From an uncultured Fluviicola sp. (GTDB lineage: Bacteria > Bacteroidota > Bacteroidia > Flavobacteriales_D > Crocinitomicaceae): 58,336 nt of DNA. A model generated the notes under the pieces. It did not search any database, was not told the origin of the DNA, and saw only the letters and a list, made by a program, of their open reading frames with translations. The translations under genes and the position numbers were made by a program. The stretch covers positions 1 to 58,336 of the forward strand of contig CAYFTH010000001.1 in assembly GCA_964346075.1 (NCBI GenBank), in the 5' to 3' direction. How positions within the stretch are numbered: the first letter of the stretch is position 1; every line of letters begins with the position of its first letter. This document shows, piece by piece, positions 9,666-18,833 of this stretch.

Positions 9666-10487
9666 TTATTCATCTTCATTCCCAAAACGCTCAATAACTT
9701 GTTGCGTTACTCCTGTATGACTGAAACCTCCGTCGTGAAATAAATTCTGCATCGTTACATATTTCGTATAATCGGAGAACATTGAGATACAGTATGCTGC
9801 ACAAGCTTCTGCGGAAGCATTTCCCAGCGGGCTCATCTGATCACTGAAATTGATAAATTCATCAAATCCTTTAATTCCTTTTCCTGCCGTCGTAACTGTC
9901 GGAGATTGAGAAATTGTATTCACCCGAACTTTCTTCTTTATACCATAGTGATAACCAAAGCTGCGCGTAATTGATTCTAAAAGCGACTTAGCATCAGCCA
10001 TATCATTGTAGTCTGGAAAGATACGCTGTGCAGCGATATAGGTCATTGCCAACACAGAACCCCACTCGTTCAAGGCATCGTGCTTCATGGCAGTCGCTAA
10101 AACTTTGTGCAGGGATCCTGCTGATACGTCGAGTGTTTGGTTATAAAACTTGTAATTAATGTTCGTATAGTGCTTTCCTTTTCGAACATTTGGAGACATT
10201 CCAATCGAATGGAGAATAAAGTCTAATTTCCCACCCAGATGTTCCATTGAGGATTCGATGAGATTTTCAATATCCTCCTCACTAGTCGCATCCGCTGGAA
10301 TAACTTTACTGTTGGTCTTTTCTGCCAAATCGTTAATTTCCCCCATACGCATGGCTATTGGTGCATTTGTCAAAACAAACTCAGCACCTTCTTCTTTCGC
10401 CATTTCAGCAACTTTCCATGCTATTGACATGTCGTTGAGGGCTCCAAAAATAATCCCTTTTTTACCTTTTAATAAATTGTTTCCCAT
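9666..10487 (-). CDS. fabI: Enoyl-ACP reductase FabI
   Basis: 'LLKGKKGIIFGALNDMSIAW', LDFILHSIGM, YNDMADAK, RVNTISQSP, HDGG. Start corrected to MGNNLL, which removes the overlap with the divergent gene. Confidence 0.93.
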   Translation of the reverse strand: MGNNLLKGKKGIIFGALNDMSIAWKVAEMAKEEGAEFVLTNAPIAMRMGEINDLAEKTNSKVIPADATSEEDIENLIESSMEHLGGKLDFILHSIGMSPNVRKGKHYTNINYKFYNQTLDVSAGSLHKVLATAMKHDALNEWGSVLAMTYIAAQRIFPDYNDMADAKSLLESITRSFGYHYGIKKKVRVNTISQSPTVTTAGKGIKGFDEFINFSDQMSPLGNASAEACAAYCISMFSDYTKYVTMQNLFHDGGFSHTGVTQQVIERFGNEDE

Positions 10488-10604
10488 TTCTATCGAATTT
10501 GGAACAAAAATAGAATTAATATTGGAAATTCTTAAGGTATTTCGTTGAGGGAAACACAACCATTTCCTTATTTTCGTGTTGTAGAAAGGTAGAAAACATA
10601 TACT

Positions 10605-11099
10605 ATGGCCAAAGAAAACGAGCAAAACGCTAATAAGAAGAAAAATGAAAAGGTTGATTTTCAAAACCCCATTGATCCGGATAAAATAACTGAAACCCCC
10701 CATAACCTGCCATACGCTCACAATACAGGAAGCGCTGTTGTCAAACCAGAGGATGAAGGTAAGCTCAAAGGTAGAGCAATGAATGCTATGGAACATCAAA
10801 CTGACATGCAGCTCGATCAACTCTACAAACAAATGCAACTACTTGCAGATCAAGCGAAGGGCCTACAACAGAGAAAACAAATTTCTGAAAAAATCTACGA
10901 CGCTGAAATGCGTTTTGAACCCTTAATTAACCATACCTACCACCTCTACTTAAAAGAAGGTGAGAAATATCTACTTTCGCTCATCGCTCCCGAACAATGG
11001 GGTAGATCGGGAGACCAATTTGAATTTATTGCTACTGTTCGATTACTTGCTGATCATACGTGGGATATCATTGAAAAATCTGAGCAAGCCGATTTATAA
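10605..11099 (+). CDS. Conserved hypothetical protein (DUF2452-like)
   Basis: 'LPYAHNTGSAVVKP', coiled coil, 'FEPLINHTYHLY', 'LSLIAPEQW', 'VRLLADHTW'. Confidence 0.7.
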   Translation: MAKENEQNANKKKNEKVDFQNPIDPDKITETPHNLPYAHNTGSAVVKPEDEGKLKGRAMNAMEHQTDMQLDQLYKQMQLLADQAKGLQQRKQISEKIYDAEMRFEPLINHTYHLYLKEGEKYLLSLIAPEQWGRSGDQFEFIATVRLLADHTWDIIEKSEQADL

Positions 11100-13184
11100 T
11101 CTTATGCGCAACTGAGCTCCTACCTCGCTGCGTACATTTCCCTGAATGGTCTCCGATCCGGAACTGAGTGAGCCTTCTCCGTCGAAAACAAAAGCAGCAT
11201 AGCGTAACCAGAGATCGCATTTTCCATTCATAAAAGTATAGCGTACCATCGCGTATCCGCGGCTTCCCTGTCCAAAATAGACAGGAATACTAAAAACATT
11301 CTGCAAATTATATTCGTAGGAATAAATCCTCACATCATAGCTTTCCGTATCGAAAATGGCATATCTGAAGGTGAATTCCAGTGGAAAACCTTTACTGCGG
11401 TAAAGTAAATCCTGACTCACAGAAAATCCGTCCTGGAACCCCATACTTTCACGAAAATCGGTAACATAATCAACTCTTGACTTCAATTGCCAGCCTCCTT
11501 GTAACTTAAACCTACCACTTAAACGATACGTTCGCTGTGTATAAGTTTCCACTGGTCGAATATTCGTATCATAATCCCGGCTATTTTGCATTTTTTGTTG
11601 TTCACGCACTCTCAAAAACAATTCAAGGTCTGTTCTCGGGCGATATTTGAGTTGTCCAAGAATCTCATGCCCTTCACTTGGTGCATCCACGCGAAAACGC
11701 AACCAGGGAGAAGAAAAGAAATCCACATAAGTATTAAGGCTCCAACTGTCAGAGAGGTCGAATTGCCCACCTAAATAAAATCCTTGTTCATTAATTGGAC
11801 GACTCGACTCACCAAACGCTCTGGCGTAAAACGCATGGTAATCTTTGGGGTAGTTCCTGTACATAGCACTTAACGAAGCACTTTTACTCAATGCAACAGA
11901 AGCACCTTGTAAAACAGCGACAGCATTCGAAGAACGACTTTGCGCCACTTCACCGAAAATACTGAGGTTCCGATAAATATAAGAGTAATCGGCACTGATA
12001 TTTGTCAACTCGTCCCCACCAAACTCGTACTTATTTACCAACCGATCGGCACGAGCATAAGGCAAGTCAAATCGCTGCGTAATCGCCGATACTCCAACCT
12101 GAAAACCGCGATATTCATATTTCAAATTACTACCTAAAACCGTTTCCTGAAGGCTGTTTTTCCGCTCAAGCTCTGAGGTCGTTCGATGGAACCCAGAAAG
12201 ATTAATAGAAGAAGCCATCCGAGCCTCTGCGCCGCTCTCTAAAGTATCCACAACCTGCAAGGAGCCATCTACACCTTTCCGCGATGCCCATGTGGTTAAC
12301 GAGAGCCCTTTCCATCCTAACTCTACACCTCCTCCACGCATGAATCGCGTTTCATCAACAGATGCGTAAGGGCGCAGTCCTCTCGCATTTTTGCGTAAAT
12401 TCGTGGCATCAACTGTCTTGTTGAAGGCATAACCCGTCCAAAATGCCAAAGCTTGTCCCAGTTCTACTTGAAAATCTCCTACAGCAACTTTTCGAAGAAA
12501 TTTACTGTCGTTACTGTAATAAGCATGGCCACTATAAAAATCAAAACCTTGTGGTTGTGTTTTTCCAAAAAGTTGTTCTCCCGCATCTTTTTCCATCGTT
12601 ATGCCAATACTTAGGTCCTTCTTATGCGTGTAACGAATCCGTGAATACACTTTATCTGGACTTCCCCAGTAGTAAGAATTGCTCTCTTCTTTTTCTTCAT
12701 CACTAACCTCCTCATACCCTCTCTTTTCTTCTAAAACTCTTTGGTAACGAAAATAAGCTTCCAACTTCCCGTCTTTTACGTATTCGAGCCAATCCCGTTC
12801 TTTTTCTTCCTCAAGCGGAGCTACAACAACGAAAGGAAGCACGTTTTCCAAAGTCGGTATATCCCAATACTTTAAATCAGTAAGTTCATAAACGGTTGAA
12901 AATCCGTCACGCTTTTCACGCTCCTCAATGAGCTCGTTGATTTGAAAATCTGAAAGCAGACGCAATTCTTGTAAATCATCGCGGGAGGCATCATTCAGGT
13001 TCATTGGATGGTCGTAATAGTAATAGAGCAAATCGAAAACATCTTCTAACGAAATATTCTCTGCTTCCAATTCCTCAGCGATAAACTCAATACGTTGCTG
13101 TATGACATCATTTTTCTTTTGCGTCAAACCAGTAAAAGGTAAGAAGAACAAAAAAATAACTCCTATGTGGCGAAGTGTAATCAT
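11094..13184 (-). CDS. Helix-hairpin-helix (ComEA-like) domain protein with C-terminal outer-membrane beta-barrel
   Basis: Signal peptide; 'PMNLNDASRDDLQELRLLS...REKRDGFSTVYEL' HhH; amphipathic beta-strands ending in 'AQLRIRL'. Confidence 0.75.
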   Translation of the reverse strand: MITLRHIGVIFLFFLPFTGLTQKKNDVIQQRIEFIAEELEAENISLEDVFDLLYYYYDHPMNLNDASRDDLQELRLLSDFQINELIEEREKRDGFSTVYELTDLKYWDIPTLENVLPFVVVAPLEEEKERDWLEYVKDGKLEAYFRYQRVLEEKRGYEEVSDEEKEESNSYYWGSPDKVYSRIRYTHKKDLSIGITMEKDAGEQLFGKTQPQGFDFYSGHAYYSNDSKFLRKVAVGDFQVELGQALAFWTGYAFNKTVDATNLRKNARGLRPYASVDETRFMRGGGVELGWKGLSLTTWASRKGVDGSLQVVDTLESGAEARMASSINLSGFHRTTSELERKNSLQETVLGSNLKYEYRGFQVGVSAITQRFDLPYARADRLVNKYEFGGDELTNISADYSYIYRNLSIFGEVAQSRSSNAVAVLQGASVALSKSASLSAMYRNYPKDYHAFYARAFGESSRPINEQGFYLGGQFDLSDSWSLNTYVDFFSSPWLRFRVDAPSEGHEILGQLKYRPRTDLELFLRVREQQKMQNSRDYDTNIRPVETYTQRTYRLSGRFKLQGGWQLKSRVDYVTDFRESMGFQDGFSVSQDLLYRSKGFPLEFTFRYAIFDTESYDVRIYSYEYNLQNVFSIPVYFGQGSRGYAMVRYTFMNGKCDLWLRYAAFVFDGEGSLSSGSETIQGNVRSEVGAQLRIRL

Positions 13185-14014
13185 TCTTTCTTTGGGTTGT
13201 AAAAATCAAAGGTCAATCCTGCAGACGGAGTCCAACCCAGTAATTGATTGAATTGTGTTCCCAGGTCAATTTGTAATTTATCAAATGACCACCCTAGTCC
13301 AAAACCAAGTTCCATCGGCGCACTTTGAACACCACAGCGCAAATATAAAGATTCTACTGATTTTGGGTGATATTCTAATCCGCCTCGAACGCGGGCATTC
13401 CGTCCTACTTCCTGAGATACTTCCATCGCGAGAAGTAGGTCCTCTATAATCCGATAATTCGCACCGAGTCGGACAAGTGTGGTGAATCGATCATCCTGAA
13501 ACTCCGATAGTTTCGCCCTCCCCAAATTCATCACTGAAAAGCCGATTTGAACGCTTTTATTAATGCGGGCTAGCAAGCCAAACTCACCTGTCACGGTATG
13601 CTTGATGCCGTAAGTTGGATCTAACCTTAAACTTAAGTAGTTCATTTGGACACCGGCAGCAATCTGATCAGTAAGACGCATACTGTATCCAGCTCCAATT
13701 CGATTCGTCCGAAAATGTTCATAGCCATAAAATTGACCTCCTAAAGAAACGACTCCTCGTTTTAGTGGTTGTGCTATAGCAAAACTCTGTTGTTGCAATT
13801 CTTTAAGCATATACCTGCTTTCATAGGCTATCCCAGCAGTTCCCTTCTTTAAAAACCCTAAAGCTCCGGGGTTATGATGGAAACTGTAAGCATCTACAAA
13901 CGTCACTGACGCATGTCCCATCGAAGATGAACGGACGCCCTGTGGCAACCAACCTTGCGCATTCAGAGCTCCAGTAAATAAAACTGAACAAAAAATAAGT
14001 AGCGTGCGATACAT
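13181..14014 (-). CDS. PorV/PorQ/FadL-like outer-membrane beta-barrel protein
   Basis: Signal peptide; 'RSSSMGHASV...FHHNPGALG' NPA-type plug motif; beta-strand pattern; start moved to MYRT; overlaps the next gene by 4 nt. Confidence 0.6.
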   Translation of the reverse strand: MYRTLLIFCSVLFTGALNAQGWLPQGVRSSSMGHASVTFVDAYSFHHNPGALGFLKKGTAGIAYESRYMLKELQQQSFAIAQPLKRGVVSLGGQFYGYEHFRTNRIGAGYSMRLTDQIAAGVQMNYLSLRLDPTYGIKHTVTGEFGLLARINKSVQIGFSVMNLGRAKLSEFQDDRFTTLVRLGANYRIIEDLLLAMEVSQEVGRNARVRGGLEYHPKSVESLYLRCGVQSAPMELGFGLGWSFDKLQIDLGTQFNQLLGWTPSAGLTFDFYNPKKE

Positions 14015-14091
14015 ACAACAAAAATAAAATAAGCTGGCATTTCTCAATCCCTTATGATGTTAATTTTACATTACGATAATTGAATCTTCCC

Positions 14092-14838
14092 TTATCGATA
14101 CAGCGAGTAATCAATCTCATGAAGAAACAGACCGTGTCCCGGTACAGAAACGCCAGCAGCACCACGATCTTTCTTTTTTATTATAGTCTCAACGTTTTCA
14201 GGGGGTAACTTACCTTGTCCTACATCAATCAGGGTACCTACTACAGCGCGTACCATATTTCGCAAAAAACGGTTGGCTTTGATTTCAAACTGAAAACGAT
14301 CGTCCCGCGTTGTCCATGATGCGCGTTGGACCGTACAGATATTCGTTCGAACATCAGTATGTAGTTTAGAAAATGAAGTAAAGTCCTTTTTTCCGATTAA
14401 GTGTTGCGCACCTTCATTCATAGCTTCGAGGTCGAGCGGTTGTGAAAAATACCAACTGTAAAAACGATCAAACGGATATTTACGGGGCTGAATAAAATAT
14501 TGATACGTTCGCGCAGTAGCATCGAAGCGCGCGTGAAAGTCATGCTGAACAATGCGTGCATCATAGATCACAAGATCAACAGGCAGCATTTTATTCAGTT
14601 TGTATACGAGCTGATGCTCAGACATCCGTTCTGGTAAATCGACGTGAAAGAAATACTGGCTGGCGTGCACCCCGGCATCCGTACGACCACAACCTACTAT
14701 CTCCACAGGTTCATTTCCAAATAAGCGCGATAGTTGCTTTGTGAGTTCACCTTGAATTGTAGATACACCCGGCTGCACTTGCCAACCAGCATAATGTGTA
14801 CCGTCATAGGCCATCTCAAAAAGGTATCGCTGTATCAT
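14092..14838 (-). CDS. truA: tRNA pseudouridine(38-40) synthase
   Basis: YDGTHYAGWQ, GRTDAGVHA, FHARF, FLRNMVR. Confidence 0.97.
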   Translation of the reverse strand: MIQRYLFEMAYDGTHYAGWQVQPGVSTIQGELTKQLSRLFGNEPVEIVGCGRTDAGVHASQYFFHVDLPERMSEHQLVYKLNKMLPVDLVIYDARIVQHDFHARFDATARTYQYFIQPRKYPFDRFYSWYFSQPLDLEAMNEGAQHLIGKKDFTSFSKLHTDVRTNICTVQRASWTTRDDRFQFEIKANRFLRNMVRAVVGTLIDVGQGKLPPENVETIIKKKDRGAAGVSVPGHGLFLHEIDYSLYR

Positions 14839-14899
14839 GCAACAAATTTATATAAAAAAGCGGGGCAACATTGAATAAGACCGCGTGAACGCAATTTTT

Positions 14900-15577
14900 T
14901 CAGGAACCTCCTCCTGCAAAGAGAAATTTGTTAGGTGTGACCAGATTCGTCTTTACGGCGTACATGACAATCCCGGCGGTATTTTTTGTACCCAGTTTCC
15001 CCATAATATTCTTCCGATGAGTAGTGACGGTATGTGGGCTCAGGTGCAATAATTCGGCAATCTGTGCATTCGTGTTACCTTCGGCAATGTATTTGATGAT
15101 TTCCATTTCCCGTTCACTCAGTAAAACTGGCTCACAAGAAAATTCATCAACATTCAAATCGTCCACATTGATCGCAGCACGCTGAATAGATTCCAGTATT
15201 TGACCACAAAAAAACTTCTTCCCGGCTCCAGTTTCTTTAATGGAAGAAAGAATTTCAGGAATATCGCAATCCTTTTTTACATAACTCATAACGCCAGATC
15301 GCAGTGCTTCAACAATTACAGATGGATTTTGCTCGGGTGTTATAGCTACAAACTTCACATGCTTATGTTTTGCTAGCAATTGCGGAATAACATCAATAGA
15401 AAACCCTGGAGCAGTATAATCTATTAACACTAAATCAGTCTCAAAATTCTGAAGTTGCTCAATGAGTTCTTCATCGCAGGTCACTTCACCAACGATTTCG
15501 TTAAAATGATCGGCAGCGAGAATCGCCCTCAAACCTACCCTAACGATATCATTACTATCTGCGATTATAACTTTCAT
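14900..15577 (-). CDS. NarL/LuxR-family response regulator
   Basis: REC domain (DLVLID) plus LuxR HTH 'LSEREMEII..IAEG.TNAQIAELL.LSPHTVTTHRKNI'. Confidence 0.93.
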   Translation of the reverse strand: MKVIIADSNDIVRVGLRAILAADHFNEIVGEVTCDEELIEQLQNFETDLVLIDYTAPGFSIDVIPQLLAKHKHVKFVAITPEQNPSVIVEALRSGVMSYVKKDCDIPEILSSIKETGAGKKFFCGQILESIQRAAINVDDLNVDEFSCEPVLLSEREMEIIKYIAEGNTNAQIAELLHLSPHTVTTHRKNIMGKLGTKNTAGIVMYAVKTNLVTPNKFLFAGGGS

Positions 15578-15721
15578 TATTGCAAATATACATTAAAAAA
15601 TACTTTTACTTAGAATGATTTTAAATAAAGAAATTAACAATGCTTGTTCATTCCTTCTTACGTTTCATTAATTATCGACATTTTAGAGTCAATCCATAAG
15701 CAGTTCAGGAAAAATTTAAAT

Positions 15722-15750
15722 AAAAAAAGCCGCTTGTTTTCACAAGCGGC
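15722..15750 (-). terminator. Terminator after the cold-shock gene
   Basis: A7 followed by GCCGCTTGT-TTTC-ACAAGCGGC. Confidence 0.85.
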
Positions 15751-15776
15751 AATAGGTAACAAAAACGATATTTTTA

Positions 15777-15974
15777 TTAACCGAGAACTTTTACGTTCAC
15801 AGCATTCAACCCTTTTCTTCCTTGTTCTACATCGTATTCTACTTTGTCGTCTTCACGAACTTCATCCAATAATCCATTTGCGTGAACAAATACATCATTT
15901 CCTGATTCTTCTTCCGGTACGATAAAACCGAATCCTTTCTCTGTGTTAAAAAACTTAACTGTTCCTTGTGGCAT
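15777..15974 (-). CDS. Cold-shock protein (CspA family)
   Basis: GTVKFFN..KGFGFI (RNP1), DVFVH (RNP2). Confidence 0.97.
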   Translation of the reverse strand: MPQGTVKFFNTEKGFGFIVPEEESGNDVFVHANGLLDEVREDDKVEYDVEQGRKGLNAVNVKVLG

Positions 15975-16106
15975 AAAATATAAATATTAAAAATAAAGGA
16001 CGAAGGTACTTCCGAAAGTCGGGTAAACCTAATAATTTGTAAAATAATTTTCATTTTTATTGACAGAGACTCCGGAATGCATTGATTTTAATGGGATACA
16101 GAGCAC

Positions 16107-16132
16107 AAAAAAAAGAGGCCGAAGCCTCTTTT
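16107..16132 (-). terminator. Terminator after the small ORF
   Basis: Minus strand AAAAGAGGC-TTCG-GCCTCTTTT plus T-run. Confidence 0.9.
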
Positions 16133-16135
16133 AGA

Positions 16136-16285
16136 TTAGTTTAAGTGAACTAAAAAGGAATCTTTTCGGTTTTTCTTTACCTCCAAGCTCCTGGAGTAGT
16201 TCAAGATTTGATAAATACTGTTTTTTGATGGCCCCTTTTTAGACTCCTGAGCCGCAGGAGATTTAGTCGAATAATGATTTGCCAT
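16136..16285 (-). CDS. Small protein, 49 aa, absent from the ORF track
   Basis: Manual translation MANHYSTKSPAAQESKKGPSKNSIYQILNYSRSLEVKKNRKDSFLVHLN*; ATG start; stop is 3 nt from a strong terminator. Confidence 0.75.
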   Translation of the reverse strand: MANHYSTKSPAAQESKKGPSKNSIYQILNYSRSLEVKKNRKDSFLVHLN

Positions 16286-16356
16286 AAGCGAATATTTAAT
16301 TGTTTAAAATAGAAACGCATTTTCAAATCAATTATTTTATCGCTTGCCATAAATTT

Positions 16357-17103
16357 CTAGGTGAGCATTCCTCCGCACACTTGAAGTGTCTGACCTGTCA
16401 CGTAATTCGATAAATTAGACCCCAAATATATCACAGCATTTGCTACATCTTCAGGCTTCCCCCCACGTTTCAGCGGAATAGAATTTCTCCATTCCTGCAC
16501 AACTTTTTCATCCAGTTGTTCGGTCATCTCTGTTTCGATAAATCCGGGAGCAATAGCATTACAGCGAATATTGCGGGATCCCAACTCCTGGGCAACGGAT
16601 TTTGTAAATCCGATCATTCCGGCTTTTGAAGCTGCATAGTTGGCTTGTCCGGCGTTCCCTGACACCCCAACGACTGAAGACATATTGATAATAGAGCCTT
16701 TGCGCGCTTTCAACATCGGACGCTGAACAGCTTTTGTCAAGTTAAATGCAGATTTCAAGTTGGTATTGATCACTTCATCCCACATCTCCTCCGTCATACG
16801 CATTAACAAATTATCGCGTGTTATCCCGGCATTATTTACAAGAACATCTATGGTACCAAATACATCCATAACTGATTTTACCAGCTCTTGCGCCGCATCA
16901 AAATCAGCCGCATTGGATTTGAAGCCTTTCACCTCTCCTCCGCCTTTACTCAATTCATCTTCTAGCGCTTTTGCTTTCTCGTCTGATGACAGATAGGTGA
17001 AAGCCACTTTAGCTCCTTCGGCTATACATCGTTCGGCTATCGCCTTACCAATTCCTCTTGAGGCTCCTGTTATTAATACAACTTGATCGGTTAATAATTT
17101 CAT
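16357..17103 (-). CDS. fabG: 3-oxoacyl-ACP reductase
   Basis: TGASRGIG, NNAGITRDNL, GQANYAASKAG, APGFIETEMT. Confidence 0.95.
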   Translation of the reverse strand: MKLLTDQVVLITGASRGIGKAIAERCIAEGAKVAFTYLSSDEKAKALEDELSKGGGEVKGFKSNAADFDAAQELVKSVMDVFGTIDVLVNNAGITRDNLLMRMTEEMWDEVINTNLKSAFNLTKAVQRPMLKARKGSIINMSSVVGVSGNAGQANYAASKAGMIGFTKSVAQELGSRNIRCNAIAPGFIETEMTEQLDEKVVQEWRNSIPLKRGGKPEDVANAVIYLGSNLSNYVTGQTLQVCGGMLT

Positions 17104-17191
17104 ACTACTTTTCTTTTAAACACAAAACTAAACATTTTTTAATCACTAATAAGACGCTTACACTTCGTCCACAACAATTACTGAAATGGTT

Positions 17192-18250
17192 TTACGTGGT
17201 ACTCAAACCTTGTAAAAATGACATTGTATTGACATTATCTGCATAATCGTTTAGAGCTGGATTCTGAGCTTGTCCGAAAGGTGTAAAACCGGTTCCAACA
17301 ACCACTTGCAACTCATCTTTGTGCGATTCTATATAATGACGAACCGTGTCCATTGTTTCATAACGCTGAAAATGCAAGACACCGATAGGAGCAAACAAAT
17401 CCGGGGAAGGACGCATCAATACAAAGCCGTTCTCAATAATTTCCTCCTGATTCATCAGGTAAATCGCTTTGTAGTAATCATAGTTATTCGCATACTTGTT
17501 ATGATAAATAATTGAACCGTATTCAACGATGGCTCCAAAAAATTCATTCAAATCAAAAGCATCCGGGATCATCAAGTGAGAGACATTGCGACAACCTAAC
17601 CCATGATACTGAAATATATCAGCTCCCAATGCGGTCAACTCATCTTTTGTTTCAGTTCCTGTTAAAACGGCCAAAGACGTTCTGTTTTTTCTAATAATGC
17701 TCGGTAAATGCCCGAAATATTTTTCGAAATACCGTGCTGTATTATTACTACCAGTAGCTATAACTGCATCTATATCTTTCAATTGATCAACAATTTCAAT
17801 ACGCGGTTTAAGCTCTGGCTGCAATTCCAGGATTAACTCCACGAATTGTGGCAATAAGCGATCATCATCGCGTGACATCTTAATTATGGGGCTGTGGCCA
17901 GCAAGCAAAACAGACAAAAAATCATGAAATCCCACCAGCGGAATATTTCCTGCCATGATAATCCCTACTTTCCTGGGGTTCGTCGCTACTTGATACGGTT
18001 GCAGCCACTGCTCCAGCTTTTCTTCCGTCAAACTTCGCCCCCATTGCTCTAAACTATAACGCACTTTATCTGGCGTGAACCAACCATTGTGATGTTGCTC
18101 GCGTTCAATCACCTCATTGATCTGCTCAACATATGATCCTGCAACAAAAGGATGAAAAGCTGATTCTGATTGCTTTTCTCCCCAAAGTCGCATCGATGAC
18201 CCTACAAGAGCCATGGTCTGTATCGTTTTTTTTCGATCCAACTGTTTCAT
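17192..18250 (-). CDS. Acyl-CoA reductase, LuxC-like
   Basis: 'IIMAGNIPLVGFHD', 'VIATGSNNT', 'GLGCRNVS' with catalytic Cys. Confidence 0.85.
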   Translation of the reverse strand: MKQLDRKKTIQTMALVGSSMRLWGEKQSESAFHPFVAGSYVEQINEVIEREQHHNGWFTPDKVRYSLEQWGRSLTEEKLEQWLQPYQVATNPRKVGIIMAGNIPLVGFHDFLSVLLAGHSPIIKMSRDDDRLLPQFVELILELQPELKPRIEIVDQLKDIDAVIATGSNNTARYFEKYFGHLPSIIRKNRTSLAVLTGTETKDELTALGADIFQYHGLGCRNVSHLMIPDAFDLNEFFGAIVEYGSIIYHNKYANNYDYYKAIYLMNQEEIIENGFVLMRPSPDLFAPIGVLHFQRYETMDTVRHYIESHKDELQVVVGTGFTPFGQAQNPALNDYADNVNTMSFLQGLSTT

Positions 18251-18306
18251 GAGTAATTATACCGAATTTGTCAGCGCCTAAACAAAAGTTCCTGCGCTGC
18301 GTTTAT

Positions 18307-18314
18307 TATATTTG
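18307..18314 (+). promoter_or_regulatory. Bacteroidota sigma-70 -7 promoter box
   Basis: TATATTTG matches TAnnTTTG, 35 nt upstream of the ferredoxin ATG. Confidence 0.7.
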
Positions 18315-18349
18315 CAAATGTACTGAACAAAAGATAAAAAGTTAGGAAT

Positions 18350-18697
18350 ATGGCAATAATGATTACGGACGAATGCATTAATTGTGGGGCTTGTGAGCCC
18401 GAATGTCCGAACAATGCAATATATGAAGGGGGAGCTGAATGGGCTTATGCAGATGGAACAACTTTGGCTGGTACAATCAACCCACCCAATAGTGAAGAGG
18501 TCGATGCCGAAAAAGAGCATGACCCCGTAGATATGGACGTTTATTATATCGTTACCGATAAGTGTACCGAATGTGTAGGTTTTCACGATGAGCCTCAATG
18601 TGCGGCTGTATGTCCAGTTGACTGCTGCGTGGACGATCCAGACTATCGCGAATCAGAAGATGAATTGCTCGCGAAAAAGGATTTTATGCATTTGTAA
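18350..18697 (+). CDS. 2[4Fe-4S] ferredoxin (YfhL-like)
   Basis: [12 protein letters not shown] and [18 protein letters not shown]. Confidence 0.95.
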   Translation: MAIMITDECINCGACEPECPNNAIYEGGAEWAYADGTTLAGTINPPNSEEVDAEKEHDPVDMDVYYIVTDKCTECVGFHDEPQCAAVCPVDCCVDDPDYRESEDELLAKKDFMHL

Positions 18698-18718
18698 ACA
18701 ATCACTCCAAAATTAATG

Positions 18719-18752
18719 AAAGACCATTGCTAGTTGCAGTGGTCTTTTTTTT
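18719..18752 (+). terminator. Terminator after ferredoxin
   Basis: AAAGACCATTGC-TAGTT-GCAGTGGTCTTT plus T-run. Confidence 0.88.
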
Positions 18753-18833
18753 GTCAAATTCCCTTCAAAATTATTCAACAATCGCACTTATGAACTTTAA
18801 AATTGCTTACATTCGTTTTTAACTCACTGATGA

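Noticed and set aside
10488-10838. N-terminal 117 aa of the 390-aa fabI ORF
   Set aside because: Antisense to the DUF2452-like gene. FabI homology starts at MGNNLL and a -7 box lies at 10505-10512.
11094-11099. Convergent genes sharing TTATAA as both stop codons
   Set aside because: Common compact-genome overlap with no further signal.
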